Below are positions 29,401 through 44,400 of a stretch of DNA of 64,000 nucleotides, one piece after another (positions within the stretch are counted from its first letter, which is position 1; every line of letters starts with the position of its first letter). The position numbers and the translations under genes were made by a program. The notes under the pieces are model-generated. The model was not told the DNA's origin, did not search any database, and worked only from the letters and a program-made list of their open reading frames with translations. The stretch is taken from the NCBI GenBank assembly GCA_002633005.1, contig NMRA01000179.1, forward strand, positions 493,831 to 557,830, given 5' to 3'. Source of the DNA: Phoronis australis (lineage: Eukaryota > Animalia > Phoronida).

Positions 29401-32400
29401 CCCAAGAAATTTTTGTTTTCAACTATTTCCTCTTTTGTATCTAGGTGCTGGTTCAATATCCTCGAAGCTCAGTAGAAAAAGATTTAATCTTTAAAAAAAG
29501 ATTGCGAAATCAACGTTCATGTTTTGCCATTATGCAAAATGAGACGATGTAATCATTTGGTATTAAAGTATCTCATACAAGCCACCTAATACACTGCAAA
29601 ACACAAGAGCTACAACATTCACCGAAGGTGTGACAAAAATGCTTAATGAAGTAGGTCACAAGTTGCTATCTCTTAAAAATGCCCAGGATCGTCCTTTTCA
29701 ACGAAAAACATCACAGCTAGTCTGAGCAAAAATAGCTTGTTGATTCCAGCAGAACAGCAACTTGACATGAATTTGTTTAGGTCTCTTATTTTTAAATCTA
29801 GAGCACCCACGAAAAGCTCTTACGTGAATACTTTTTGCTTTAGAAATTTTCCCAAACCTAAGGATTTTTTACAAACATGGGGCACTAACACATAAACAAT
29901 AAGTTCAGTAAATTAACATTTTCTTTCATTTACATTCCAGGATGTGGTCCAACTGTTTAATTGTAACATGCTGAATTATCCTAAAAATAACTGTATGATA
30001 CAGTTAAGTATAGCTTCTCAGTCCAATGCATCTAGTTTAAATCCGGAACAACTTCTGTATTTGATTTTATGGCTGTCTTTGTAATATTTAATCGTTTTAG
30101 GTTCTTAGGTGTGAGAGAAATTCCATCTCCTGCAAATTTGGAACTTAGAAATATGATCTAAGCTTATTTTTATTGGCTGAAACAAGTAATTCTATGAGTG
30201 TGACGGACGTACGTAATGGACGTACAAATTTTCTGTACGTCCGTCACGCGATTTCTGACTTAACGAATAATCATCGGGATCTAAAATTTTGTTCGATAGT
30301 ATTGAGAAACAGGTAAAAATCTGAAATTATTTTTAATTTTAATTGAAAATGGTTGACGTGACGAAACTTCTTTTAGCCCTATTTGTGACGGACGTACGGC
30401 ACCATGATATCCACAAGTTGGCCTTTGACCCCAAGAGGTCGACGATGCGCGGCTGGTCAAATGATATTCTTATAAAGTTCAGGCTTCATGTTCTTGCGCA
30501 ACTTTGATACGATAGCTTAATACACGTAATTATCTGATTCATGACAATAATTATCAATACATATAAAAGTCGGGCCAATGCTTTATGGTTAAGTGACCTC
30601 CAAAATGGGTTCATTTAGGAAAAAATCGAACGCCATAGGAAATTCAAATATGAGCCCTGAAACTAGAGAGATTTGGGTTTCAAATGACATCAGAATTGTA
30701 ATTAAGTCACAATTTTATTTTTTGTCTCTCAGTTGACCTTTTCACGGAATTGCCCAGATAGTTGTAATGACGATAGTGGTGGCTATACGTGATGAGCACG
30801 ACGACAACAGCAACGATCATAATGACTTGATGACGGCACTGTTGATGATGATTAAGATGTTAACGTACCCAAGAGACATGTTCCTCTCAAATTATCAACG
30901 TCGTAATTATTCGTCACCGCACACCAAGGACCGTACACATCCTCGCCAATGTTTGTCAGTAAGCACCTAGTCACGTTGGTGCCGTTGAAAATAAAAGGAA
31001 ACACACAAGGCTCTTGACCATCGGTCATTATTGGTGCTATAATAGAATGAAAGCAAAACAGCATTAATCTGGGACTCATGGTATTTAATCTTATTCTAAT
31101 TGTTGCAAAGGTTATGCAACAACATTTTTGCAATTTCGAAATCTAAGAGACTTCCCCTTCTTAAGTCAAAAAAGTTGTTTTTCTCAAAACGAAAAGTACA
31201 TGCTTCCACAAAAAACGCAGCAGTAAAGATCATGTAGCTGCACATTGGAAGAAAAAGGTCAAGTCAGTTTAAGGGCTAGCACGGGCATATGTCTGTCGAA
31301 AATAACGACGTCTTTGATCCACCAACGATTGGTAGAACACACCAGTGTTACGCGCATTATGGGACAGAAAGGCACTCACTAGAATACGCTATAACCGCAT
31401 GCACTAAAGTGACACTTAGTATAACGCGGCAGTAGCGCATCTCTGGTGCAGAGTCCGTGTAAAACGATATGACATTCGTTGCTGGATAACTTCTTTCTAC
31501 ATTTCTCGTATTGCCTAAAATAAACTTTGAGTGCGGATCGCATCTGTGCAATAGCTCCAAGAGCGACATCGTTAAAAGACTGAAAAAGACTGAATTTTAC
31601 ACCGCAATACTTCGAATGTATAGTGCATTCATCGAAGGCAAGATATAAAATGAGCAGTCTCACCTGCTGTGCCCTTTGTCTGGCTATATACGCCTATTGA
31701 TGTTTGATCTTCTGCTCTAACATATAGTACCCTATTGCTTAATGTATGTTGTGAATGGTTTATGTTATGACCTTTAGTATGATGATTCACGACTTACAGT
31801 ACACGTAGCAAGGACCCATTTTATTATGAATAGTAAAGGGAGTAATTAACTCTGATAAATGATATAAACATAACAACGAACATACATATGTACAATATCA
31901 GATAAAGGCAATGTCGACTTGTTGCCAAGTTATCATGCGCTGCAGGTAGTCAAGCATCAATTGCTGGTACTTTTTATCCGTTTCACGATATGGCGATAAA
32001 GAAAAGACATTCGCTGATCTAGGAAGGTCTTTTATCTAATTTATAACCAAAACGGGCACTATTGCTAAAATTTGATGAACTACCCTCGCGATGAATCAGT
32101 GCACCCCATTGCTGGATACGGGAGATGCAACTTACATCTATACACACTTTACTAATCTTACGATTGCACTAATTACCACTCACCATATGCAAAGAACAGA
32201 TAAAATTTGGACAATAGAAACTCAAATTTATCAAAAAATTGAGAACCAAAAACAATCAAACAAGACAACGCTTTTGCGCTCACGGCGATATTTATTGATG
32301 TATTGTAATATTTAAAATGAGGGTGGCCTCTTCAGTTTAAGGACGCCGATATCAATGGGTTTTCAAGGACAACATGGTCGTCATTCAGGAATCGTTCCTT

Positions 32401-35400
32401 AAATGATGCACGAGGAACTTAGGTCACGGAGATAGACAGGAGTGGTCGACGAGGCCAAATGTTCTCAAAACAGCTTTAAGTTTAATAACAGAAACGAGCT
32501 AAACATTGTATTATATTACATTTTATTTGAGTTAGCGAATACAATTGTACTTTTAAGAAGGACTTTAAGAACCCTTAATTAGTTATAACGTGACGGCCTA
32601 ACATGTCGTTCTTGAGTGTGATAACCTCCAAGAGTTCATTGGTTTCAGATTTACAAGAGGTGGCTATAGGGAAGAATTTGGAAGAGGTGCGGACAAAAGC
32701 TCGGCGAAGTCAATGGAGTTCGTGTCCCCAATATTGTTTACCTGCTGGAAGACTTGGACATAACCAGTAAAGGCTTATACTTACTGCACTTGTAGTGAAC
32801 TTCGAGAGATGAACCAGTTGACACACACGTGCTGTTTAAAGCGTTACTGCTCGCTCTCACGGAACACTGTGTCATATTTTGGCAAGCATCTTTAATGGCG
32901 TCGGTTGCGTCTGAGCTGCATGAGTTGTTGAAAAAAGTTTGCGTAGGGTTTTCGCAATGTGCAGTGTTGTTTCCTCCAAAGCGAGCACTGACAACGTCAA
33001 TAAGCAAGTCATAATCACTGAGACCGACTTGAGAACATTTCATCGACATTAGTTCCCCTTGACAAGCATATCTTACTCGTGTCACACCTGGAACGAGAAA
33101 GATTCTGTCAAGTGACCAGAATTGGTTGCCGTGGTCGAGCACACTTTAAAGGATATAATGTGACTTAAAACAGTATTAGGTACCAAGAGCTTAAAACAGC
33201 ATGGCAGGTTGTCAGCATCGAAAATAATCATTGGCATAGGGCAAAAATTAAATTGATGCAGCAGAGAGTACTGAAGAGATGTATGCATCAAATTAAGCAC
33301 ACGAGGCGCTTAGGCTGAAACTGGTGAATCGAAGGTGTTTGCGTTAAGCCCACCGCTAACATAACAAATGCTTCAATTCTATGAGGCTAACTTTTCAGAA
33401 TTCATATCAACATCAATGTTGAATAATGCACGAGTCGAACTCGTGACGAAGCTTGAAGAAGCCATGTACATACACTGTGGCAGTTGGTCTGTACTCCATT
33501 TACCCGAGGCAAGACACGTGGAGGAGCCGTTCTCGTACTTGAAACCGGCGCCACATGAATAGCCAACCGTACTGCCGTAAGTCGTGACATTATGCCCAGA
33601 AATCAGGTTTAAATTCGAACGAGAAGGCGGCTGTTGGCAGTCAGTCACTAAAATACATCGCAAAGCAGGATATCATCGTTTCCTAGTACAGGTATCACCC
33701 AGTAGGTTTAGCGTCACTTCTTCAAAAATATGGCGAGTTTATTCATGCTTTTATTACAAGCACACTGCAATGTAATGGGGTGAAGGCAAATGTACCCCTT
33801 TAATATTACTAGAGGTGACCATCATATGTATTCAAACAAGACCAAACCATCTATTCTAATAATATGTGCAATACACGATACGCGCTTTTGTAACATCGAA
33901 TTAATTTATTACACACTCATAATCAACAATTTGAACATCAAACTCCCATTTCTGGCGACATTATTAGTTATTAACATGCGTCTCAGCTCTATTCACTGTC
34001 CCGACATAAAATACTTACTTTGACACAGGGGACTTTCGGACCAAGTCCCATTTGCGGTGCACACTAACTCGGCGCCTGTAGGTGTATAACCTTCCAGGCA
34101 AGCATAATTAACCTTTGACCCAAATGCCGTGGTATTAGTGGCAGTAGTATTGGCGTACGGCATCGCTGGAACTTGACCACAATCGAGAACTGAAGAAACA
34201 AAGATTTTAAGGATCATAATTTCATACCATACATGTAACATCATCAAGACAGTATCCATATTTGCAAATATGCATCTGTGGTTTAAAAGAACAAGTGAAA
34301 CTAATATCAGTGTGGTATTCTCGAATCTTTGCTGTGACCTCAACCATAATCTATAAATTTGCAAGACAATGCGGTTGTTGGAAAAGCAGAGGAAACATTT
34401 GTCATATGGTGCCAGACTTACTGTCGCACGTGGGCAAGGTAGACCAGTTACCAGTGATCTCGCAGCTGCCAAATGGAAGGCCACGAAGCTTGTACCCAGG
34501 ATCACACGATACGCCTACTTGGTGCCGATAACTAGCGAAGCTTTCGTTAGTGTCCAGTTTACTGTTTGGTATGGTCGGCATGGGACACTGTATATCAGAT
34601 GTGTCGTTAACGGCTTCAATAAACATAAGTTCCTTGGTCAGGCGTGTAATACTTGAGGAAATATCAGACATGGCTTTCAATATCTTCAAGTTTTTACTTA
34701 ATTGATTAGTCTTCGAAAATCGTTTAAAGCGAATCCATCCTACTGACTGGCAAAATATATGGCTTGTGTCAGTTGGGTGCAAATTGGGGATAGGGGGCCT
34801 GAAAATCAACCTCATGCTGCATGCTTCTGTAAAACATATTTGAGGTTTGTAGAGTTTGAACATTTCTCAATGACTAAAATAAGGCGGAATGGGAGATTTT
34901 CGCAAGAGAATCGTACAATGGGTGGACAGTTATAGGACGACATCCTACGACTCCCCTCTCCACTACACTTTTAGTATAAGTACACTGTACGCATCACTAA
35001 GAATTTAAGGTACAGAAGTAGTTGTTTTATGATAATACACTGTTGCGTTGCACAACGTGGCATGTCATACTTATTCTGGAACTGGCGATGATAAACTGTA
35101 ACCAGTACCCATTTTACACACCGTAGATTAGTACTACAACTGTCGCAATTACATGTATTCAACAGGTTGGAGTACCTTTGATAATTTCTTACAGAATTTG
35201 ACAAACGTTACTAACGTTTTAAGCAAGGTGAAGGACGACTGTGGGGAAAGACCTCCTACTCCAATGCCACGTTTTACAGCTTAGAGCATGTTGTTGCGGA
35301 GAGTTTCTACTAGCTTTGCGTGCTATGATAGATTGAAGACTGGTTGGAATTAATCACTTTTTAATTTTGACCGTAGGTACACGAGTTTAGTCAAACAAAA

Positions 35401-38400
35401 CGCCTGACCTAACGTCTTGTCTATACTCCAGCCTGTGCTTCAAAGCCCAGTCGACTAGTAATGAACTGTCACGGCAATTCAAGTACATGTATCTGTTACA
35501 CTCGTTGATTCAATAACCTGCTGTCACTGACGCTGTACAGTACAGTGGCAGATCTACGTTTTCAGTAAGTGGGAAAGGGGATAGGATTCGCGCGAATCAG
35601 AGGCGCGTAGCTACGAGCGGGGGCGCGGGAGGTCGGGAGGGGGTTTTCCCCAGTGCCAATCTCCTCGTGGCAATTAAGAAGGACTATTGATTTAATGGCA
35701 TTGTAGGGAACTGTATCGCTTGAATATTGCTTGCATATCTTAGGCAAAAAAGTGCAGATGTATTGGTAAGCGAATATCGGTTGCTGGAATCACCAAAACG
35801 AGGTTAAGTATTCTTTTAACGATTGGAACCAGGCAGTTTGCTGCCTAACAAGAAACAAATGTCAGTTATCTCTTGAAGACAAGAACAACGTCGCGTATCT
35901 TTGATGATGCAGCTTTTGAGAAGCGGACGAGCTTGAAGTACACTGTATACCGATTGAGTGTATTCACTATTGAAATCATGCTATCGAAAACAATGGAAAG
36001 AAACGAGAAACTAGAAGCAATTAAAGGCAAGCAAATTTCGGTATTAAAAGTAACATGCACAAGCTTTATAACCTAACAGAGTCATACTCCCTCTGACAGG
36101 GTATTGCAAGTACGTGTTTGAGCTCAAACTCATGATGAGACACCCAAAAGACATCATTTTGTCGACTTCATAATTGCTTTAAAAAGGAGTTGAGACAAAA
36201 TGTTTTCTCTGTAAGACAAGTCACATACCATCAGCATGGGCCAACTTGAAACTTAAGTGGAAATCGCAAAACATTCCCTTATGTTCTCAATAATACACCT
36301 GACTGAAATTAGACAATGAGAAGGGACTCAAAAACTTGGACTTGCTGATACTCTATTATATAAAATGTTGAATTTCCCTACCAGGCCTTTGTGATTACTG
36401 TACTTCTATTTGTGGACATAGCTTCAGTGAAATGTCATTAAGGTAATACCTATTGTTTTGCTTGATTGTATTTTGATGTGCACATGCGGGCGTGTCCTGA
36501 CTGTTTCTGTCGGAGCTATTCATCAAGCAACAATATACTTCAACGATCTACACATACTTACCCACGGGTAGGCATTTAAAATAAAATTGCAGATACGACG
36601 ACGAATTTTGGCAACCAGCTGGAAACATTTGAGGTTGCAGAAAGTAATAGCAGAGGCTTTTGGAGTCGCAGAGGTTCTTGATGACGCCTGTAACTTCGAA
36701 AGTACATGTATTGTTGTCGTTTTCCGTTTGAGTGGGGCATACGTGAGCTTTTTGTCGTCCATAAATTGCAAACACGACGTTGATCGTTCGGTCAATAGGA
36801 CTTTCCGCTCCGGTAGAGCAGTTTAACACCGCGATGTCGTTTTGACAAATGCGTTGACGATATACACCTGAAGCAATAACATCCAATGGCATAACATACT
36901 AAATGTGAACACAGCGCCAACACATTCACCAACAAGAACACAGACAAACTGTCCAAGACTTACTTGTCGCAATTATTTACAAACATAAATGAGTAGTTCT
37001 GTTAACCGCCAATGCTATGTCTTAGTTGAAAGTACATGTACATCAAATATATCTAGGATCAATACTTCACATTCCTGAAGCACATAGTCTCTTACTTTCG
37101 TCCACTCCATCTAATATGCGTCTCACTTTCCTTTGTGTTACTGAAATGACTACAACCTTCACAGCTGGTACGTTGTGATAAGATCAGAAAACCCATGCCA
37201 ATTTCGTCTCAAACAATGAGGCACCGTGTGCACCCCAGTGCTTGTTTACGTTGTTGAGCAGTATACATGTACATGTACAGGCAAGGCACGACCGCCACGC
37301 AAGGAGTGTCCCAACCATAACATTTTCTGTCTGCTCTATGACCAAGTGCAAGTACTCGAAAGTAACAACCCATATTTTTAGTGGATACTTACAGAGGCCT
37401 GGTTCAGACCATGTCCCATCAGCCTGGCACTTAGCATATTTGGTTCCAAACATTTTTGTTTTCAAGGGACATCTATACTCCGCCAAACTACCAAAAGTTG
37501 TTGCGTTATAGGTAACGTTCAGACCGTCAGATGGCGGTTGCTTGCAATCGATTACTGGAAAGAATGAACGAGATGTCATGAACAACAGCCCGAACGTACT
37601 GCAAACAGTGTAGCCAGCATGGGACGCAAGAACTCTAAATTTTCATGACCTCCTTTCTTTCTCCACCAAGGACAGTATTTCGTGCCCTTAGCACTAGTTA
37701 GCAGTTTTACAAAATCAGCGTTCTGCAGTTAACTCTGCTGTTCAAGTTGTGGAACGACCTGATGTGCCGGCTTTCGACGCAATGAAATACATTGTACAAC
37801 GGCAACTACTGGCCACTTTCATTTTTTGCCGATTCTTCAATCAACTGCTTTTTTCCATGAGGTTGCGTATATGAACACATTATGGGAACCGCAATGTACT
37901 TAGTTAGCAGATGTTGTTATTTTAATACCAGGGAACCGTAATTCCAATAGTTTACCTTATCGCACCGAAAGCCGCCATAGGACATATAGTGCAAGTCCGA
38001 AAATGGAAACTCGACTGGTTATTTTTATGAACACCAAACATAACTTTTTTGCCAATACCAAATCCAACTTTCGAAATCATTGTTTTACTGGCGTTGACAT
38101 ACTTTCGTGTTGTCCCTGCCGAGTTAAGCTGTTCATATTTTATAGACATTATCAATTTAACAAATACAATGTCAAAGGCTTGAGGTCAGTGAAATTTTTC
38201 AATTATGCTGGGATACTCCGATCCAATAACATGAATTAAAAAGTTCCCACAAGTTAGCAAATGTGAAACGAAGGCTATAAAAGCTAACTAAATAACCCTT
38301 TTTCATGCAAAATACTTGCGATTTTCATTTCATTACGGCGTTCTCCCGTTCAGTGACCAGGGCGGATCCAGGATTTTGTGTTGGAGGGGGGGAGGGCAGG

Positions 38401-41400
38401 AGTTTGCCCGTCAGACATTCACACCCCTGAACTGCCAAATGGAATCTGCGAAAATTTTAAGGAGCCCATAGCCCCCTTAGCCCCCTCTAAACCCGCCACT
38501 GGTGTGAATTTACCAGACGTAGAGGGCTGTGACCATGTGATAACATCTAACTCTTTTTTAAACTGCCAAGCACAGTCTTGTGTCTGTATGACAACAGGCA
38601 GGTGAATTATTTATGAGGATTATTACAGACACAATGTGATCAAAGTCAAACCCAGAGCGAATTCGTACGTTTGGAAGAATAGATTGTCGTAACTGCGGTT
38701 GCGATTGGGAGATTTTGGCGATGCAAAAGCTAACATGATCAGCATTTGACGAGGAATTCAGAAATGCTATGGGTTTATGTTCAAATTTGTTATAACTTAA
38801 CTTTTATCTTTAACAGCACTGCCCATTCAGGTTAGATACGATCTTAGTGGAGATTACAGCAATTATCGAACAAAAGAGAGCTGGCCCTTCAACCATCAAT
38901 GCCCGAATGGAGTTAATCAGTCGTGTAAGATATTGGCTACAGGGTTCATCTTCCCAACTTGTTGTTGAGCTATAGAATCGAACAAATAGGGGTCAACAGG
39001 GAAACGCCGTAATGTTGAAGAAAAATTAGTGATTTCCAAGTTTCCTGCTAAATAATGTAAAGGGTGGATGGTCACTAGACAATCAATTGCAATGAAGGAA
39101 CACAACAGATCAGGAAACAAGGACAATTTTGAGAGAAAACTGGACAATTATTATGCAGGGAGGAGAGTGGATACGGGCATTACACTCAAGTATTTTAGAA
39201 ATCAGACAATGAATTCGATTTACACTAAGGGAACTTCCGTCGGCTTTGACCCACTTGCACGAGAAATCCAACAGACATCTGTGAGCCACAACCAACTAAA
39301 CCAAGGGGTGGTCAATATTTACACTTAAAAGGCCATAGTAAACTTGTGTTACTAGTATTCATTTTTGCCGTGGTGGAACGATCAAGTTCTAAAAACCGGG
39401 ACAATGTGTCGTGGCACTCCATCTGGTACGGGGTCAAAGGCCTGGCATCACTCGCCCATGAATGGAAGCAGTTTGTTCGTTATTTATAACAGTTTTCAAA
39501 TACGCTAACACGGTGGAGAGTCCATCATCGTGAACGTCACTTCTGTGTTTGATCGAAACACGATTCATTGAAATGTTCCGAACAAAGTGTGACTCACGAA
39601 TGAATTGCATGTTCCGCACTGACATTCCACACGCTCGTGCGGCACACAAACCGACGTCATTTCTGTGTAACATTCACGTACAATGTATTTGGGAAATTTG
39701 AAAACAGAGACGTTCTAGTCACTACATTATTCACAAACACACCTTTTCTTGTCTGAAAAATACGGATTTTGCTAACAACTTCTCAGTATTGCAATGGTAT
39801 AAACCAACAACGGCGGAGACGGTTTTCTACCCAATACGTACATGTATAGCCCGATTACAGAAAAACATATATTTTTAATTTTGGCTTGTTTCATAGCAAC
39901 AAGTATACTAAAGGCTATGAAATCTCTTAAGATGTATCAATGAAATTCTTTTTGAGACACAGGATTATGGTGGGAACTCTTTAAGAAAAGTTGGAGTCAC
40001 GTGGTTAACGACAAGCAGAGTGATCCGCCATCTTGACGGGGTTGAAATTGAGTGGATTATTGAACTGCAAAATAGTTGGACGAAATAACCAAAGCGACAA
40101 AATACCGCGTTTTAGAGGTAACTATTCCACGGAGCTTTTCACTGTTATTGTTTGATGTGTGTCTCCGATTGAATATTGACAAAATTGATTATCTATATGA
40201 GGGATGTTCCTGAACTGTGCAGTGCCTGGTTTGCTCTGGTTGTACACCGTGAGGCTGTGTAACGCAGTTCATCCTGTCCAATGGTGAACTTTTAGATCCT
40301 TGCTGTCCTTTGAGTTTAATTTATATTTCACAGGTCAGCGTGTTCCCGTTTATGTTTATGTCATGGTCAGTGTTCCAGATCCCCCACCCGTTTCATGATT
40401 TAACCATTTTACATTGTTGTAGTGAAGCAATATTTCGCTACCTTCCACAGCCTCTTCTTTTGTAGTTTTAGACAGTGTCAACGTCTCTACGTAGCAGTTT
40501 GAGAAGGTGGTACTCCCATAGGTCCTTCATACGCCTGACGCTTTTCGGCAAATTATGCTCCACACTGATTAAACCATCGAAGTCACTTTGCTATAAGAAA
40601 TTTTTACGGTGATAGGGACAACTTTGGAGGCTATCTGTGTTTTGTTTTTAAATTCGAAGAAATGCTCCTGTAATCAAACTTTTTTCGAGAAGTCCATTCA
40701 TTTGGCCAAATCAGCAAATTTACCATTTTTACATTGCTCGCGCTAGGAAATATGATGGCCAGTCAGCATTTTGCACCCCGAACTGCCAAATGGTATCTGG
40801 GAGAATTTGAAGTTGGCCATGGCTCCTTGGCGCCCCTAAATTCGCCACTGGAAAGAACTAAGAGTGGCTTCCGAAAGCGACAGGGCCACGGCAATGTTAA
40901 AAACGTTCTCTCTCGATGATTGGCCAGACAAAAATCGTGTGCCTTGGGAGCTAAAACTTATTTCTGCACGCGTGACATACTCTCTTGTAAAGATGGTATA
41001 CTCTTGAAAGGAGAAGTCGTACTAGTTCCGACTAGTCTTGGAAAGGACATGACTAAACGACTTGAATATGCGCACATGGGATATAATAGCATGGTGCGTC
41101 GTGCTCGCTCGCTCGTTTACTGGCCCGGAATGAACAGAGCTACATGTAGTTGACTCACGCACTCCCTGCCAGAGACGTTAAAGCCAATACCAGAAGGAAA
41201 GGTAACGCGGGAGAAAGTATCCAGCGGTATTATTTAACTTGACGGACGACAGTTCCTCGTGGTAATTGACCACCACTCACAGTTCATTGGAGTCGACCGA
41301 TTACAAAGCCTTAAAAGCTTTAAAAAATTTGCGCGTTTCGGAATTTTGAAACTGTTTTTGACTGATACTGGTTCGCAGTTTACCTCACTTGAGTTCCGAT

Positions 41401-44400
41401 CGTTCGCTAAACAATGGGGAATTGTGCCATCCTTTTCGTCTCCGGGCAATCACAGTGCCAACGGGAAGGATGAGGTTGCAAAACATCTGATGATTACAGC
41501 TACAAAACATGGCAGTGATCCTAATCTCGCACTTTTGGAACATCGCAACACTTCGCGCGAGGACACGGGATTAACCCCAGTTCAAATGATGTTCGGTAGA
41601 TTGACACGCACCACGATACCTCATTTTGAATTTCAAAAGGGAGCGCGAGAACCGAAGAAATACTAAAATGGAGTTCATGAAAAAGTGTTTTGATCGAAAT
41701 GCGCGGGACTTAGCGGAGCATATGGTTGGCAACACTGCCTATCTCGAATATAAAGAAGGGCAGTTATGGTTTCTCTGGAAAGTTCGAGAGAAATTATAAG
41801 ACAGAACGTATGTGGTAGAATCTCCAAGTGGAGGAGTATATCAGAAAAATCGAGTCCAAATACGCCCAACTCAATTGCCTTTTCAACCGCTACCAGCGAT
41901 CCTAGTATACTAACTCAAACGGACCTTTCGAGTGCAGGCGAACCAGCGACGGCCAGGAGAAGCGAGCAAATTCATCGATTTCTCACGCATTTAGAGGACT
42001 TTGGTACCAAGTGACAGTAAAATGTGGCTACTTAGAGGCTATCGTGATGTGTATTGTTTTAAGTTAAATTTCATTTCTTGCTTTTTAATCGGTTTATAAG
42101 TTACTTAAAAGCGGGAGGATGTTGGGTAGTTAGTATTATTGCCGACAATTGCGCTTTGTTCGGGCTTGTCTGTTCGTCCCAATCTTCAGCACCGACTATT
42201 TATGGTGTTGTTTTACCTGCTGATTGATTAAGAATCATCGTCATCAGACCTTAACTTAACAGTTAATATGCACTAGTGTTTAGTTGTTCAAACTTTTCAA
42301 TAGAAAAGGCCAACTGAAATGGGTCGGTATCCTTTTTTCAACATTTTCTGCTGTCGGATTAAATTATTTAGGTTTTTCCCCATTGTTACCTAATGCCACC
42401 TGAAATTTGTTTGACTCTTTTTTCTTTAAATATGAGGTGCTGGTTTTCGAAACAACCCCATGGTCTAATTTTTGTGCTTTAAATTGAATTCAAATCTATT
42501 TTTGCCATTTTCCTCCTTACTTTGAATGCAAGTTTGTTCTATAGCTAGTTGGCTCAAGTAAATTATACTTTCTAGTCTAAATTCGCACTTGATGACCTCA
42601 AGATTCGATCTACAACTGAAGTGACAGCACGTGAGTTCGAGTAAAAACTCATATATTTTAAGCTAGGTTTATCAAGTGCAAACTAGGATTATTTAAAACT
42701 CATACTAGAAAATTATTAGACACTCAAGCACAAAAGTAAAGAGTTAAAACTTACATGCACCGTATCTTTAGCATAGCGGAAAATATTCAGAAAAGGTTGA
42801 TTAGACCAAGAACCAATGCTATAATTTTTGGTTGTCGAGCTTTAAAATTACTTCGTTTGGTCCCTAGAACACCCACTAAAGTCGATTTTTCTTGGTCTTC
42901 AACCATGGTTAGCCTGAAAGGCTATATGCTGCGTAGGCCAACAGGAAATCGACTTTGCTTTTTAGTACAACCGTTGCAATACCTGTACCACTACCATCTG
43001 TAGTCTACGCTAACAATCACATTAGCTTACAAAAAACAACAAAATTTTGCTGAAAGTGGCTTGAACAAGTTGACATTTTTGTTTAACACTTTTGAACTTT
43101 CTAGTGGTATAAAAGCTTTGTTACTTGCTCTTTGAGGTGTAACCGTTGTGAAACGTTTTATATTGGTTTGACAACGTGAAGCTTCAAACAAATGCCACAG
43201 ATGATCTGTTTACACATGCCATGTTTGCACGTTATAAGGTGGTGTTTGGAGAGATCATTTGAAGGAAGATCTGTGCCTTTTAATTAAATGTGACTTCGAA
43301 GAGTTTAGTGACCTTCTTCTCCCACAGCATTCTGTTGTTTTCTAGCAACGAAGAAACACAAAGAAGAAGTGACTATAAGATTAATAGTAGAATATTTTTA
43401 CAATGTTGACACTACTTTGAAGATTTATTATCACAGTCAAGTCATTGGAAATAGGGCAGGAAGGAAGGGGTGCCCCAAGAATGCAATCGCAGTTTGAAGG
43501 AAGTTCACGAAGGACATCAGACATGGTTACAGTCCAATGGCTATGCAGGCCTACATGTATATGTAGCCTACTTATCCAAGTACAGCTGTACGCATGGAAT
43601 GACAGACATAACAGACAAAACAGAAACCACAGAATAAACTTCGAGTAATTGGAAAGCAGGGCGACTCACTGATGCATCGAGGGATGGTAGACCATGTTCC
43701 GGTGATCTGACATACAGCCCACCGCAAACCAGTGAGTTCATAACCGTAGAAACAACGGAAGTTCACGCGCTGACGATAGGTATAGCGCCCGTCTGTAGCA
43801 GACGAGGGCTTCAGAGTGACCGAACCATTGTCGATAACAGGATTAGCGCAAGTTATCTGGTTCTCTGAAACGAAATAAATGGATAACTGAGAATGGAGTA
43901 GACCTCGCAAGTAAAGAATGATACCTTAACATACAGTAGAAATGCCTAGATTCACGTACATGTAAAGCACGCGCGTTCATTTTCACGCTGGTGAACTACT
44001 TTATGTCATCAACATACTGTATTGAGATGTCAACACATCGCACCTTTATTTAGTGTGAGCACCACTTAATGAATACGGAATCTGTCATTCATTTACATGA
44101 ACATTCCATGTCTTCACTAAGCTATATTTTCCTTCTGAATTATTTCCACCAAAATACATGTACCATACACGGTATTTCAGGCGAAAAAGTATGACATCAT
44201 ATAGTACATGTACTTTAGGACAGTAAAAACATTGGTAAATGTTCCGTCACACAGTTTTTAGTTTCTTTATGTTTACTCAATAACCAAACTTGTCTCTGGA
44301 TTTCCCAGACCAGAAATTTCTTTTTTTTCACTCGCCTACGGCAGCCTGATTTCACGGGCGGCGCACAATACGGTGCTGGGAAGGCTTTGGCCTACCACTT

